From positions 1-64,000 of the IMG/VR virus record IMGVR_UViG_3300021256_000079: a DNA stretch of 64,000 bases; one strand, given 5' to 3'. Made by a program: the position numbers and the translations under genes. The notes beneath the pieces are model-generated. The model was not told where the DNA came from and did no database searches. It worked only from the letters and a program-made list of their open reading frames with translations. Positions within the stretch are counted from its first letter, which is position 1, and the number at the start of each line of letters is the position of its first letter. This document shows positions 12,101 to 20,727 of the stretch, piece after piece. Origin of the DNA: a virus. Its lineage: Duplodnaviria; Caudoviricetes.

Positions 12101-14496
12101 AAGGTTCTCTTGTGTTCGGCTTCTCTCTTGAGGATACCGATCATCTTTCCGGTGGTGCCAATGTCTTCAATGGCCAGAACAGTGTTCTTTGGATGAATGT
12201 AAGAGATGCCTATAAGATTGAAATTCAGCAGATGTACCAGACTCTTAGATCTAACGGCACGCTTTCTTACGATAATGTTGAAAAGCGCTTTGAAGATCAT
12301 CAGGCTGCATGGCCGGAAGCTATCTGGATTGAAGATTCCTGGTTCAAGTACATCGATCCTCTTATTGCGCCTGATACTGGTAAGGAACCGACAGCAGTTT
12401 ACCTTCCTATGATGCAGGGCTCTAAAGAGGAGCAGCGTAAATGGTGGCTTTATAATAGATTTAGGTACATGGATTCAAAATGGAATGCTGGCGACGCGCT
12501 TACGGATGTAATTCAGCTAAGAGGTTACGCTAAAGCTGACATCACGGTTACTCCTTATGCAGATATTTATCCAACTATCAAGTACGCGTCGTACATTGTT
12601 CAGGAAAGAGGTCAGCATGGTGTACCTACCACGCTTCCTTGTCCTATTGATGAAATGACCGATACCGAAATCTATATTTATTCAGCTTCTCAGATTGCTG
12701 AAATTGGTGATCTGTCTCTGCTCAAGGTTGGCTTTGCAGATTTTTCTAAAGCAACCAGGCTTCAGAAGATTAAAGTTGGCGACGCAGATTCAAACTATGA
12801 GAATCTTAACATGACTGAGCTTACACTTGGTACTAATGCTCTTCTTAAAGAACTGGATGCTAGAAACTGTACAGCTCTTGGAAGCGGAAACCAGAAGACG
12901 ATTAACCTTTCTAATTGTCCGAACATTGAAAGGGTATATCTTGGTGGAACTCAGATTACGAGCGTATCTCTTCCGAACGGTGGCATTCTTAGAACTCTTC
13001 AGCTTCCTGCAACGATCACAAGTCTTATTCTCAGGAATCAGACAGCTCTTACTTCGTTTAGTATTGCTGGAACTTCTAATATTACAACTCTTTGGATCGA
13101 GAATCATAGCAGTGTGATTGATCCTGCTACGATGATTCAGGGAATGCCTGCTGGATCCCGAGTTCGTGCAATTGGTATTAGCAAGACGTTCGCTTCTATT
13201 GAAGAAGCGGATATTTTCTATAACCTTCTTGACACAATGAGGGGTCTTGACGAAACCGGTGCTAATGTTAATAAAGCTCAGGTTAGTGGCAAAGTAAGTC
13301 TTACTTCTATTTCCGAAGCTAAGCTTAACGACTATAAAACAAGATATCCTAATATTGAAGTCGAGTATAGTCTTCTTACCTTTGAACTTATTTACATGGA
13401 TTACTCTGGTACAGAAGTTCTCTATAGGGAAGAATTTACTATTCCTGGAAATGGCGCATGGAACGGACGGCCCGCAAGGGAAGCTACAGCTCAGTATACA
13501 TTCACGTTTGCTGGATGGAGTACGACAATTGGTGGTATCGCCTCGGATGGTGCAACGAAGAACGTTACTGCAACAAGAACAATCTATGCTGCGTATACTT
13601 CGACTGTTAGAAGTTATACGATTAACTTTATGGATGGATCTACCGTTCTTAAATCTGTCACTCTTCCTTACGGATCTACTCCCGACTTTGGTGAAACGGA
13701 TCCTGTTAAGAGCGGCGTTGACAATCCTGAAGAATACGTATTTACGGGATGGGAACCTGCGATTGACACAGTTGTTAGCGCTCAGGATTATATTGCTCAG
13801 TTTAACTTCACAGGATCAATTCTTAGAAAGATAATTAAAGGCGAGTCTGTGAAAGTTAAGAGTCCGACAATTACGTTTGTGAGAGAATATGGATTGTCGA
13901 ATAAAAGGTATGTTACGGAAATTTATTTGCCAAATGCTTTGTCCGCTGGAAACTATGCATTCCAAGGCTGTACTAATCTCAAATTTGCAGATCTCCCGAA
14001 GATGGAAGCACTTGGCTCTTTAGCGTTCGCAGGATGTTCTAATTTAACGGAAATGAATCTTCCTTCTATGGTTACAGCTGGTAATACACGAGTGTTTGAC
14101 GGTATAAAAGTACAAAATATATCTTTACCAAAACTTAAAGTTGTTACTGAACGTATGTTTACTAATAACTCGTATCTCATTTCTGCTTATTTACCAGAAG
14201 CAACGGAACTTAAAGACGAGGCTTTCAGTTACTCAAATCTCACTTCGCTCACTATACCGAAGGTTACAAAAATAGGTTCTTTAGCTTTTCATAGTTGCGC
14301 ACAAATGAAAAAATATTATTTGCCGTCTGTCACTAATATTAGTTCACGTGCTTTCGCCGCATATACTTTGGACATTTACGTTAGTTTCTCAGAAGATTCT
14401 GAATATGCCCAGAATGCTCCTTGGGGGGCAAAAGCTGACTCAACAGTTCACTACAATACAGTGTTTGATGAAAATGGTGAACCGGTAATTGAATAA
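9148..14496 (+). CDS. Large multidomain protein: Ig-like, LamG-like, CotH-kinase-like, LRR, Listeria-Bacteroides repeats, BspA-type LRR
   Basis: LamG-like TIEIEF...IYINGI...IRIYDNNLT; CotH-like QGTSS...RKNY, DSRAKNLF, PYDMDTAIG; TFAGWST/FTGWEP repeats; C-terminal AFxGCxNL LRRs. Confidence 0.7.
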   Translation: MPVSIKRSQMRYKGANGEFVGVDAVADQITTEMIDNINEAGEAQLAAIQAKAEEARASVPDSYTALSDRVNAVEEDMSKTVDGAYVENGVAYFTRGDDVLFSITGIGGGGGGGSTNNAVLTVQNTTGWLSTAVAIGTDILLSLTWSSLEEEISTGDGVLYIINNDSIVRTTDVHQGSVSVNVKDILTAGDNRVKLRIADVYGNSRTIAFNIKCIELLITSVFDPSIVYTSQFTFPYIAHGDIEKTVYLEIDGTVVDSQTITTSGHQRTFEIQPLSHGSHLIRCYFESVINEQTIRSNVISYNILFATDEGTETILSANIASTSVSQYSSIVLDYIVYKPGMLTAPVDISLNGTVISSQVVDRTRHTYNIRMDISGSNTIVISSEGVTKTFNVTVTETDMAEAETDSLKLYLTSYGRSNNESEEGRAVWQDTNNDISATLTGFNFSSDGWVKDEEGQDVLRVGGDARITIPYRLFENDFRTKGKTIEIEFSTRSVLSYDATILSCISDNIGLLITPQTATLTSEQSSVTTRYKENEHIRLTFVCDKRSEDRLLMIYINGIPSGVVQYPSDDDFSQRNPVDISIGSSDCTIDLYTIRIYDNNLTRNQVLNNFIADTRDISKRAELYERNNVYDIYGNIIASKLPRDLPYMIVEAEQLPQYKGDKKTVSGTYVDPANPVKSFTFTGCQINVQGTSSAPYARKNYDLQFKNGFEMTQSGSHADNYALTDTIVPFNRFVTKADVASSEGANNVELVKLYCEISPFKTREMLADSRIRQGIYGFPIVMFWKNATTGATSFLGKYNFNLPKRAPGPYGYSGDMESWEFQNNTSNLMLFKTDYFDETMYTDPETGDTKERWRYDYEARFPDDSWVNYTKLQELQSFIVSTDRSAATGEDLASPVVYSNVTYTKDTAEYRLAKFKNEFGNYAEVNSFIFYYLFTEFFLMVDSRAKNLFIGFSGSDTDPSLNLAIDRKAVAEPYDMDTAIGTNNEGSLVFGFSLEDTDHLSGGANVFNGQNSVLWMNVRDAYKIEIQQMYQTLRSNGTLSYDNVEKRFEDHQAAWPEAIWIEDSWFKYIDPLIAPDTGKEPTAVYLPMMQGSKEEQRKWWLYNRFRYMDSKWNAGDALTDVIQLRGYAKADITVTPYADIYPTIKYASYIVQERGQHGVPTTLPCPIDEMTDTEIYIYSASQIAEIGDLSLLKVGFADFSKATRLQKIKVGDADSNYENLNMTELTLGTNALLKELDARNCTALGSGNQKTINLSNCPNIERVYLGGTQITSVSLPNGGILRTLQLPATITSLILRNQTALTSFSIAGTSNITTLWIENHSSVIDPATMIQGMPAGSRVRAIGISKTFASIEEADIFYNLLDTMRGLDETGANVNKAQVSGKVSLTSISEAKLNDYKTRYPNIEVEYSLLTFELIYMDYSGTEVLYREEFTIPGNGAWNGRPAREATAQYTFTFAGWSTTIGGIASDGATKNVTATRTIYAAYTSTVRSYTINFMDGSTVLKSVTLPYGSTPDFGETDPVKSGVDNPEEYVFTGWEPAIDTVVSAQDYIAQFNFTGSILRKIIKGESVKVKSPTITFVREYGLSNKRYVTEIYLPNALSAGNYAFQGCTNLKFADLPKMEALGSLAFAGCSNLTEMNLPSMVTAGNTRVFDGIKVQNISLPKLKVVTERMFTNNSYLISAYLPEATELKDEAFSYSNLTSLTIPKVTKIGSLAFHSCAQMKKYYLPSVTNISSRAFAAYTLDIYVSFSEDSEYAQNAPWGAKADSTVHYNTVFDENGEPVIE

Positions 14497-14513
14497 AAAG
14501 TTGGTGATATATC

Positions 14514-15563
14514 TTGAATACGATAGATTCCTTAACTGACGAAGTTGCGCTGAAACAATATTTAGAAGGAACATTAACTGAATTCGTTGACGATGAAATC
14601 GTAGATGTCGATCAATATGCGTTTGATGGTTTATATAGTTTACAAAGTGTTTCGCTTCCAGAAGCGACCTCGATTGGTAAGTATGCGTTCAGTAGATGTA
14701 GTGGACTAGAATCAGTCTTAATTCCTAAAATAACATCCATGAACGAAGGTCTTTTTGATAGTTGTACAAATTTAGTCAGTGTCAGTTTTCCTCTTGTCAC
14801 CTTAATTGGTAAGAACGTATTTTATGAATGCAAGAGTCTGAACGATGTTGATTTCCCTCTTGTTACCTCGATTGGTATGTATGCGTTTTATAAATGTGAG
14901 AGTCTAACCGATGTTGATTTCCCTCTTGTTACCGTGATTAACTCAAATGCATTTAGGAACTGCAGTAATCTAACTGATATTAATTTCCCTCGTGCTACCT
15001 TGATTGGTGAAGGTGCATTTAGGGACTGCACTAGTATATCTTCGATTTCCTTTGATAATGCAACATCACTTAAAGGATATGCATTCTCTGGATGTTCAAG
15101 TTTAGTATCTGTTAATTTGCCACTGGCTACTATTGACGGAGCTTATGTTTTTGATAGCTGCCACAGTTTGACTCATATTTCTTTACCGTCTGCTAACACT
15201 TCTGATAATAGATCTCAATGTTTTAAAGGATGCGAAAATCTTGTAGAAGCATCCTTACCAAATATTATAGAGATAGGAAGTAGTTTTTTTGCAACGTGTA
15301 AAAAACTTGAATCTGTTTATATTCCAAAAGCTGTCAGGATTGATAGCTATTCTTTTAGTGATTGTAAATCTTTGAAATCAATAAATCTTCCATCGGCAAC
15401 ACAGATTGACGCGTCGGCTTTTTACGCGTGTGCTGCTCTCACAGATATTTACGTCCCATTCGCTTCTGATTCTTCTTCGGCAACTGGCGCTCCTTGGGGA
15501 GCAACTAATGCTACAGTTCACTATAACACTGTGTTCGACTCTAACGGCGAACCTGTGACTTAA
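14514..15563 (+). CDS. BspA-like leucine-rich repeat (LRR_5) protein
   Basis: About 13 tandem 22-aa repeats of form IGxxAFxxCxxLxxVxFP. Confidence 0.85.
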   Translation: MNTIDSLTDEVALKQYLEGTLTEFVDDEIVDVDQYAFDGLYSLQSVSLPEATSIGKYAFSRCSGLESVLIPKITSMNEGLFDSCTNLVSVSFPLVTLIGKNVFYECKSLNDVDFPLVTSIGMYAFYKCESLTDVDFPLVTVINSNAFRNCSNLTDINFPRATLIGEGAFRDCTSISSISFDNATSLKGYAFSGCSSLVSVNLPLATIDGAYVFDSCHSLTHISLPSANTSDNRSQCFKGCENLVEASLPNIIEIGSSFFATCKKLESVYIPKAVRIDSYSFSDCKSLKSINLPSATQIDASAFYACAALTDIYVPFASDSSSATGAPWGATNATVHYNTVFDSNGEPVT

Positions 15564-15582
15564 TTTTAGGAGGATATTTATT

Positions 15583-16593
15583 ATGTCCAAACGTGGTTTT
15601 GACGAAAGTCAGCTTAGAAAAACTGTTGTTACCATGATTGATAAAGATGGTTTCAATAAACGTTCTGTTTTTGAGGGGCCCACTAGCATTGGCGGCGGGC
15701 TTCCAACTCCTACTCAGGATGGCAATGCTCTTATCTCTCTTAATGGTGAATGGATTCAGCAGCCGGGATATGGATATAGTACTACAGAATTGGCTGAGAC
15801 ACTCGGTGACTTTACTGCCGATGATTTTGTTGGATTTGATGACGGAAATGGAGGTGTCGACGGATATTACGTTACAATACCTTTGACCGAAGAACTCACT
15901 AGTCATCTTGTAGATCTGTTTTTAAATGAAAAAGAATTTAATGTACAGATCAACGATAAAATCTATAATAGCAAAAAAGATAAATTTACATATGACAACG
16001 GTATGCTTCCTGCAATTAGTCTTTTAACCGATCCTAGTGATGCAAATACGACAGTTTTCTCTCTTTATGTTGCGAATAAGACCCCTCAAGTCCTTGAATT
16101 CTGGCTTCCGGAGAAACCGTCTAATTCCAGGATTTACATGGAAGAAACGACTTATACGGGGATCGACAGCAATCTTGTAAAATGCGCTCCGTTCTATGTT
16201 GATTTGGACGATACAAATCGTGATACAAACAATCCTTCGTATGAATCTAAAACGACATTTGCAGAACTCGATGCTGCTATTGCACGTAATGCTCCCGTGT
16301 TCATTAGATTTAATGCTTATTATTCAGTAGGAAAGTCAGACAATACTGTAGATAGTATACTTGACACAATTATTATGCCGGCTCTCGTATTTAGTGAAAA
16401 GATTTTTGGTTCATCGATACAGACATATAAGCTCTCGTCATTGTTCCCGGCTTCGTTTAATCTCAACGGTGTCGATACTAATAGTGATTTTGAGATCTAT
16501 ATTGAATTCCAGAAAGATAACGATTTTGTTCTTATTCAGATGTATAAACGTGAGCGTACAACTCGTACAAGTATTTTCACAAATCAGGTGTAA
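15583..16593 (+). CDS. Hypothetical (probably structural) protein with shared N-terminal module
   Basis: AGGAGG RBS; first 32 aa paralogous to ORFs at 63136 and 63819. Confidence 0.65.
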   Translation: MSKRGFDESQLRKTVVTMIDKDGFNKRSVFEGPTSIGGGLPTPTQDGNALISLNGEWIQQPGYGYSTTELAETLGDFTADDFVGFDDGNGGVDGYYVTIPLTEELTSHLVDLFLNEKEFNVQINDKIYNSKKDKFTYDNGMLPAISLLTDPSDANTTVFSLYVANKTPQVLEFWLPEKPSNSRIYMEETTYTGIDSNLVKCAPFYVDLDDTNRDTNNPSYESKTTFAELDAAIARNAPVFIRFNAYYSVGKSDNTVDSILDTIIMPALVFSEKIFGSSIQTYKLSSLFPASFNLNGVDTNSDFEIYIEFQKDNDFVLIQMYKRERTTRTSIFTNQV

Positions 16594-16860
16594 GCTAAAT
16601 GCTCGAAATATTAAAAGCCACTTTGGTGGCTATTTTTATTATTGCATTTGTTCTTGGATCATTTCTTGCTTGTGTGAAGATTATCGACGATTTTGGATTC
16701 TATGATGAACACCATATAAAAGATGATGAAACGCATAAGCAAGAACATTGGCCGTGATATTTTCGAATAATTTCATAGAAAGAAGGAGATTCCCTTGGGC
16801 TATTTTGGCTTCCAAGGTTATTTTTATTGTAATGATATTTAATAAAAGGAGCGAATCTCT

Positions 16861-17529
16861 ATGAATAGCGAAAATACTGGAATGTATATGCCTGTTGTTC
16901 CTCAGTCTTTTGGCGGTAATGGTGGCTTTGGTTTCGGTGGAGACAACGCTTGGTGGATCATCATCCTGCTTATATTTATGGGCGGATGGGGAAACAATGG
17001 TTGGGGTAATAATGGCGGAACTAACGCAGATATTCAGCGTGGTTTCGACCAGAGCACTCTGACAAATGGTATCAATGGGATTCAGAATAGTCTCCTGACT
17101 GGTTTCGGTAATCTTCAGAGCTCTATGCAGAACTGCTGTTGCGAGAACAGACTTGGCCTTGCAGATGTGAAGTACACAGTTGCAACTGAAGCTTGCGCTG
17201 ACAGAAACGCAGTGTCTATGGCACTTCGTGACGTAATTGAAGCTAACAATGCTTCTACTCAGCGTATTCTTGACACTATGTGCCAGGATAAGATTGACGC
17301 TAAGAATGAGACAATTGCTATGCTTCGTCAGCAGCTTCAAATGGCTCAGCTTGCTTCTTCTCAGTCCGCACAGACTGCAGCGCTCGTCGCCAATAATGAG
17401 GCTCAGACAGCTGCTCTTGAGCAGTATCTGGCTCCCGTTGCACGGCCTGCATATATTGTTCAGAATCCTAACTGCTGTGGCCAGAACTTCGGTTATGGCG
17501 GATGCGGATGCGGTTATGGAGCGGCGTAA
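16861..17529 (+). CDS. Conserved phage protein (GG..WWIIILLIF / CCCE family): Gly-rich TM plus coiled coil
   Basis: AAAGGAG RBS; GGDNAWWIIILLIFMGGWG, IQRGFDQ, QNCCCEN, PVARPAYIVQNPNCC motifs. Confidence 0.7.
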   Translation: MNSENTGMYMPVVPQSFGGNGGFGFGGDNAWWIIILLIFMGGWGNNGWGNNGGTNADIQRGFDQSTLTNGINGIQNSLLTGFGNLQSSMQNCCCENRLGLADVKYTVATEACADRNAVSMALRDVIEANNASTQRILDTMCQDKIDAKNETIAMLRQQLQMAQLASSQSAQTAALVANNEAQTAALEQYLAPVARPAYIVQNPNCCGQNFGYGGCGCGYGAA

Positions 17530-17546
17530 CACCTGATTAATCATTC

Positions 17547-17578
17547 AAGGGCTGTCTATCTTAGGCAGCCCTTCTTTT
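17547..17578 (+). terminator. Intrinsic terminator
   Basis: AAGGGCTGTCTA-TCT-TAGGCAGCCCTT followed by CTTTT. Confidence 0.7.
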
Positions 17579-17653
17579 AGATAGGATTACGGCAGTCCAA
17601 AATTTAAAAAAGCAAAGTGAATCCTATCTAATGTTGATTTGGAGGAATTCAAA

Positions 17654-18112
17654 ATGGCAGAGTTTATTTACAATGAGGTTCAACTTGTCCAACCGGGAGC
17701 AGCAGCTCTTTTCAATACAGCGATTGGCTGTCCTAGACGCAATGTATTGCATCGCCCAGGAAGCGGAATTCTGACTTTAAGAGGAATTGTCAATAATCCT
17801 TGTGCTAGCTTTGCGAGATACAGAGTGGCTTTTGACGGTAATATCGCTATACCGGAAGGGGGAACCCCTGGTGAAATCCAGCTTGGTATTGCCATTGATG
17901 GTGAAGTTGTACCGACTTCTATTGCGGCTGCAACTCCAACCGCCGTAAATGCATATTGGAACGTCAGTGGATTTGCGATAATCGACACTCCTGCAGGATG
18001 TTGCTATACGGTTAGTATCGAAAATGCTTCAGTCAGCGCTGATCCAGCAACAACACCGGCGAGTGCACTAAATCTTCGCAATTTAAATGTCGAAGTAACT
18101 CGTTTGGCGTAA
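17654..18112 (+). CDS. Conserved beta-rich phage protein (possible BclA C-terminal-like fold)
   Basis: GGAGG RBS before MAEF; HRPGSGILTLRG and FDGNIAIP motifs; fold call is inference. Confidence 0.6.
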   Translation: MAEFIYNEVQLVQPGAAALFNTAIGCPRRNVLHRPGSGILTLRGIVNNPCASFARYRVAFDGNIAIPEGGTPGEIQLGIAIDGEVVPTSIAAATPTAVNAYWNVSGFAIIDTPAGCCYTVSIENASVSADPATTPASALNLRNLNVEVTRLA

Positions 18113-18125
18113 GGAGGAATAAGCG

Positions 18126-18485
18126 ATGACTGAATATGAAGTCTATGAAGTTCATAAGAATCAGGTTTGTAAAGAACTTGAAATGCTCGCTGATAAGTTC
18201 AAGAAGACTGGAGCAATGACAGAGTCCGATCTCGATAAAATTGAGAAACTTTGGCGCACAAAAAAGAACATGCTGGCTGCTAGAGGCATGGAGCATCCTG
18301 AGGAGTACGATGAGTCTCCTAACGAGGGTAACATGTCCGGTAGACGCATGAGATATGTAAGTAGAGACTCTGGCCAGAGTTACGCAGAAGGATATAGTCA
18401 GGGATACAATGAAGGTGCTCGTCAAGCCAATATGAGGCAGAGCGGTCACTATCCTATGTATCCTGAAGGACGGTATCCTTACTAA
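18126..18485 (+). CDS. Hypothetical protein (RYVSRD motif)
   Basis: AAGGAGG RBS; last gene before a strong terminator. Confidence 0.65.
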   Translation: MTEYEVYEVHKNQVCKELEMLADKFKKTGAMTESDLDKIEKLWRTKKNMLAARGMEHPEEYDESPNEGNMSGRRMRYVSRDSGQSYAEGYSQGYNEGARQANMRQSGHYPMYPEGRYPY

Positions 18486-18651
18486 ATCAAAATGGAAGTT
18501 CGGAGTAGTCCTTTTTACTACCATATCTTGCTGAATCACTAAAAATTAATTTTTTTCACGTGAGCAGAACCAAAACCACACACCTCACTGGTAGTACAAT
18601 TGGCGGGAGCGGATAAACACCAGTCGGGAGTGCCGCCTTTCACTTTGATTT

Positions 18652-18695
18652 AAGCTTGTGCTCCTCGCTTGAGGAGCATGGGCTTTTATTTTTTT
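18652..18695 (+). terminator. Strong intrinsic terminator closing the late region
   Basis: 15-bp stem AAGCTTGTGCTCCTC/GAGGAGCATGGGCTT (with GU pairs) plus T tract. Confidence 0.8.
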
Positions 18696-18764
18696 AGTTT
18701 CGAACGAAGTGAGAAGCTGTTTGAATAAAATGAAAACCTTCGCGTAAGAAACATGTGTCTTAAT

Positions 18765-18876
18765 GAGAAGGAAAGATTATTCACCCTTAAGACATCAAGG
18801 ATGGTATAGGCGTTAGAGACCTATTTGAGCATATGCTCACTGGATAATCAAAAGTGCTTGCGGAGGCTGCCTTCTC
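18765..18876 (+). ncRNA. Putative multi-branched small RNA
   Basis: Starts at the last G of motif 18741; GAGAAGG/CCTTCTC closing stem, GATTATTCA/TGGATAATC inner stem, three hairpins, then a T tract. Confidence 0.55.
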
Positions 18877-18963
18877 TTATTTTTTTCAAATCCAAAAAAT
18901 TCCCGGGTGGGATTTTTGGAAAAAAACGCGTCTCAAACATTCTAGATAATGGAGGTGATTTAT

Positions 18964-19278
18964 ATGGCAAAAAAGAAAAAGCCATATATGGTATTCGAGA
19001 CAAAAGAAGAGTTTAAAAAGCAATTTGACGAGATCTACAAATCTGGAAAAGAAGATGGATTTAAAGACGGATGTGTTTGGGTACTTAGCTATATGTATGA
19101 CTTATTTGATGGCATGTTTTCAAAAGAAGCAATGGACGCTGCATATTATGAAAAGCAACAGCGAAAAATTGAAAGTTGGAGGCGAGCTGTCGAAGAAAAA
19201 GAAAAACCATGGCCTGGTATGAAAAACTGGCTTGATTCATTACACGAAGAAGCAGATAACGGATCTAAAGACGAATGA
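18964..19278 (+). CDS. Hypothetical early protein
   Basis: GGAGGTG RBS after motif 18927; followed by hairpin GAGTCC-TGTAACA-GGGACTC and T tract. Confidence 0.7.
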   Translation: MAKKKKPYMVFETKEEFKKQFDEIYKSGKEDGFKDGCVWVLSYMYDLFDGMFSKEAMDAAYYEKQQRKIESWRRAVEEKEKPWPGMKNWLDSLHEEADNGSKDE

Positions 19279-19326
19279 GTCCTGTAACAGGGACTCTTCT
19301 TTTTTAAATGAAAGGAGAAATGAATA

Positions 19327-19650
19327 ATGCATATTGATTTTAATGAAAATGTAGACATTACTGTTTACGCTTGTTTTCACAAGAAAGTATATTACGAATC
19401 TTATGATGAAAAAGTTGAATTAGTTGATATCGAAGATATTTGTGACTGCGTATCTTTAGCACGGTGCTCAATAAATAAAATGATTCATAAACAAGATAAG
19501 GCTACTCATATAAACAATCCATATTTGTTTGATAGGACAATAGAAAATGGTGTCATTACATTTACAGCCAAACGTGCAAAAGAAGTTACCCACTCATATT
19601 GGTATGAGAAAGTTAAATTAGAATTGTGTTCGTCTGAGAAACATTTCTGA
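19327..19650 (+). CDS. Hypothetical protein
   Basis: AAAGGAG RBS. Confidence 0.6.
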   Translation: MHIDFNENVDITVYACFHKKVYYESYDEKVELVDIEDICDCVSLARCSINKMIHKQDKATHINNPYLFDRTIENGVITFTAKRAKEVTHSYWYEKVKLELCSSEKHF

Positions 19651-19857
19651 TAATGGAGGTGAAGCTCATGTTTAAAAAGATTAAAGAATGGTTGAAAAAC
19701 ATTTTTAAAAAAGCGGGCAATTTTGTTGATGATGACGAAAAGCTCGAAAAAGTAACAGATGTTTATGTATACCTTTTTGACAGAGATCGATAATAAATAT
19801 GAGGAGCTTAAAACGCTCCTTTCTTTTTTTTCTCGCGTAAGAAACACGCTTTTAAAT

Positions 19858-19930
19858 GAAGAGGACATGTAATGATAGACCCGCGTTCTATCGATAATTG
19901 CACGTGCGGATGTGCGACATAATCCTCTTT
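19858..19930 (+). ncRNA. Putative small structured RNA or leader
   Basis: Starts at the last G of motif 19834; GAAGAGGA/TCCTCTTT closing stem with GATAGA/TCTATC and GCAC/GTGC hairpins. Confidence 0.5.
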
Positions 19931-19953
19931 AATTTTTTTAGGAGGGACCAACT

Positions 19954-20223
19954 ATGAAACTGGTCATCAACAATTGCTTTGGTGGATTTGACATTCCCGA
20001 TGAGTACCGTTCAGAATTCGACTATTCTTGGAAAATTCAAAGAAACGATCCGAGATTAATTGAGTTAGTCGAAAAACTTATAAGTGAAGGTAAAAACGCT
20101 TTTACTTGCACATGCCTTGTTATTGTGGATGTACCTGATGAGGCAACGGATTACATGATTAGCGATTACGACGGTCAGGAATCTGTTATTTACGTAATTG
20201 ATGGCAAGCTCCACGTTTTATAA
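19954..20223 (+). CDS. Conserved phage hypothetical protein
   Basis: MKLVINNCFGGF, RNDPRLIELVE and YDGQE motifs. Confidence 0.7.
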   Translation: MKLVINNCFGGFDIPDEYRSEFDYSWKIQRNDPRLIELVEKLISEGKNAFTCTCLVIVDVPDEATDYMISDYDGQESVIYVIDGKLHVL

Positions 20224-20235
20224 GGAGGATATTTT

Positions 20236-20529
20236 ATGACAATCTATGTGATTCTCGAAAGCGGCCAAATTTATGGGTATAACAATCGTGATTATCCAGA
20301 CACATATTGTGATACTTTTGTAGATCTTGCAAAAAGTGAAGAAGACGCAAAACGTATCATAGACGAAAAAGTTAAAGACCGCGAGGGATTTCTTATGTCA
20401 ATGGATTGTTATATTAGGACCTCAGTTTGCGATGATGGTCCTTTTGAACAACAATTCGAACACCCCGCTATCTGTATAGAGGGTGCTTATGATGATGTTT
20501 ATTACTACTTTGTGACTCGTGAAATTTAA
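20236..20529 (+). CDS. Hypothetical protein
   Basis: AAGGAGG RBS. Confidence 0.6.
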   Translation: MTIYVILESGQIYGYNNRDYPDTYCDTFVDLAKSEEDAKRIIDEKVKDREGFLMSMDCYIRTSVCDDGPFEQQFEHPAICIEGAYDDVYYYFVTREI

Positions 20530-20727
20530 TCATGAATAGCTATCTGAAAAGAGGTGAACAAGATGCATAAACGTATTCGAGATATTTTACGTTTCATCAT
20601 ACGGCATAGAAAACTATCTAAATTTTTCCATCGATGGAAATGGTTTAATCATCTGTGCTACGAGGAAGCACAGGCAATTATTGGAAACAGATCGTGGAAG
20701 TAGCTTTCTGAAAGGAAGATATTTATC

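Noticed and set aside
9148-15563. Diversity-generating retroelement acting on the LRR/fibre genes
   Set aside because: No reverse transcriptase in the window, and the shared C-termini differ at all base types rather than only adenines.
18590-18640. ZTP (pfl) riboswitch
   Set aside because: Loose TGGCGG...CCGCC resemblance only; the 3' GCC...TGGGC hairpin is missing and no gene follows directly.
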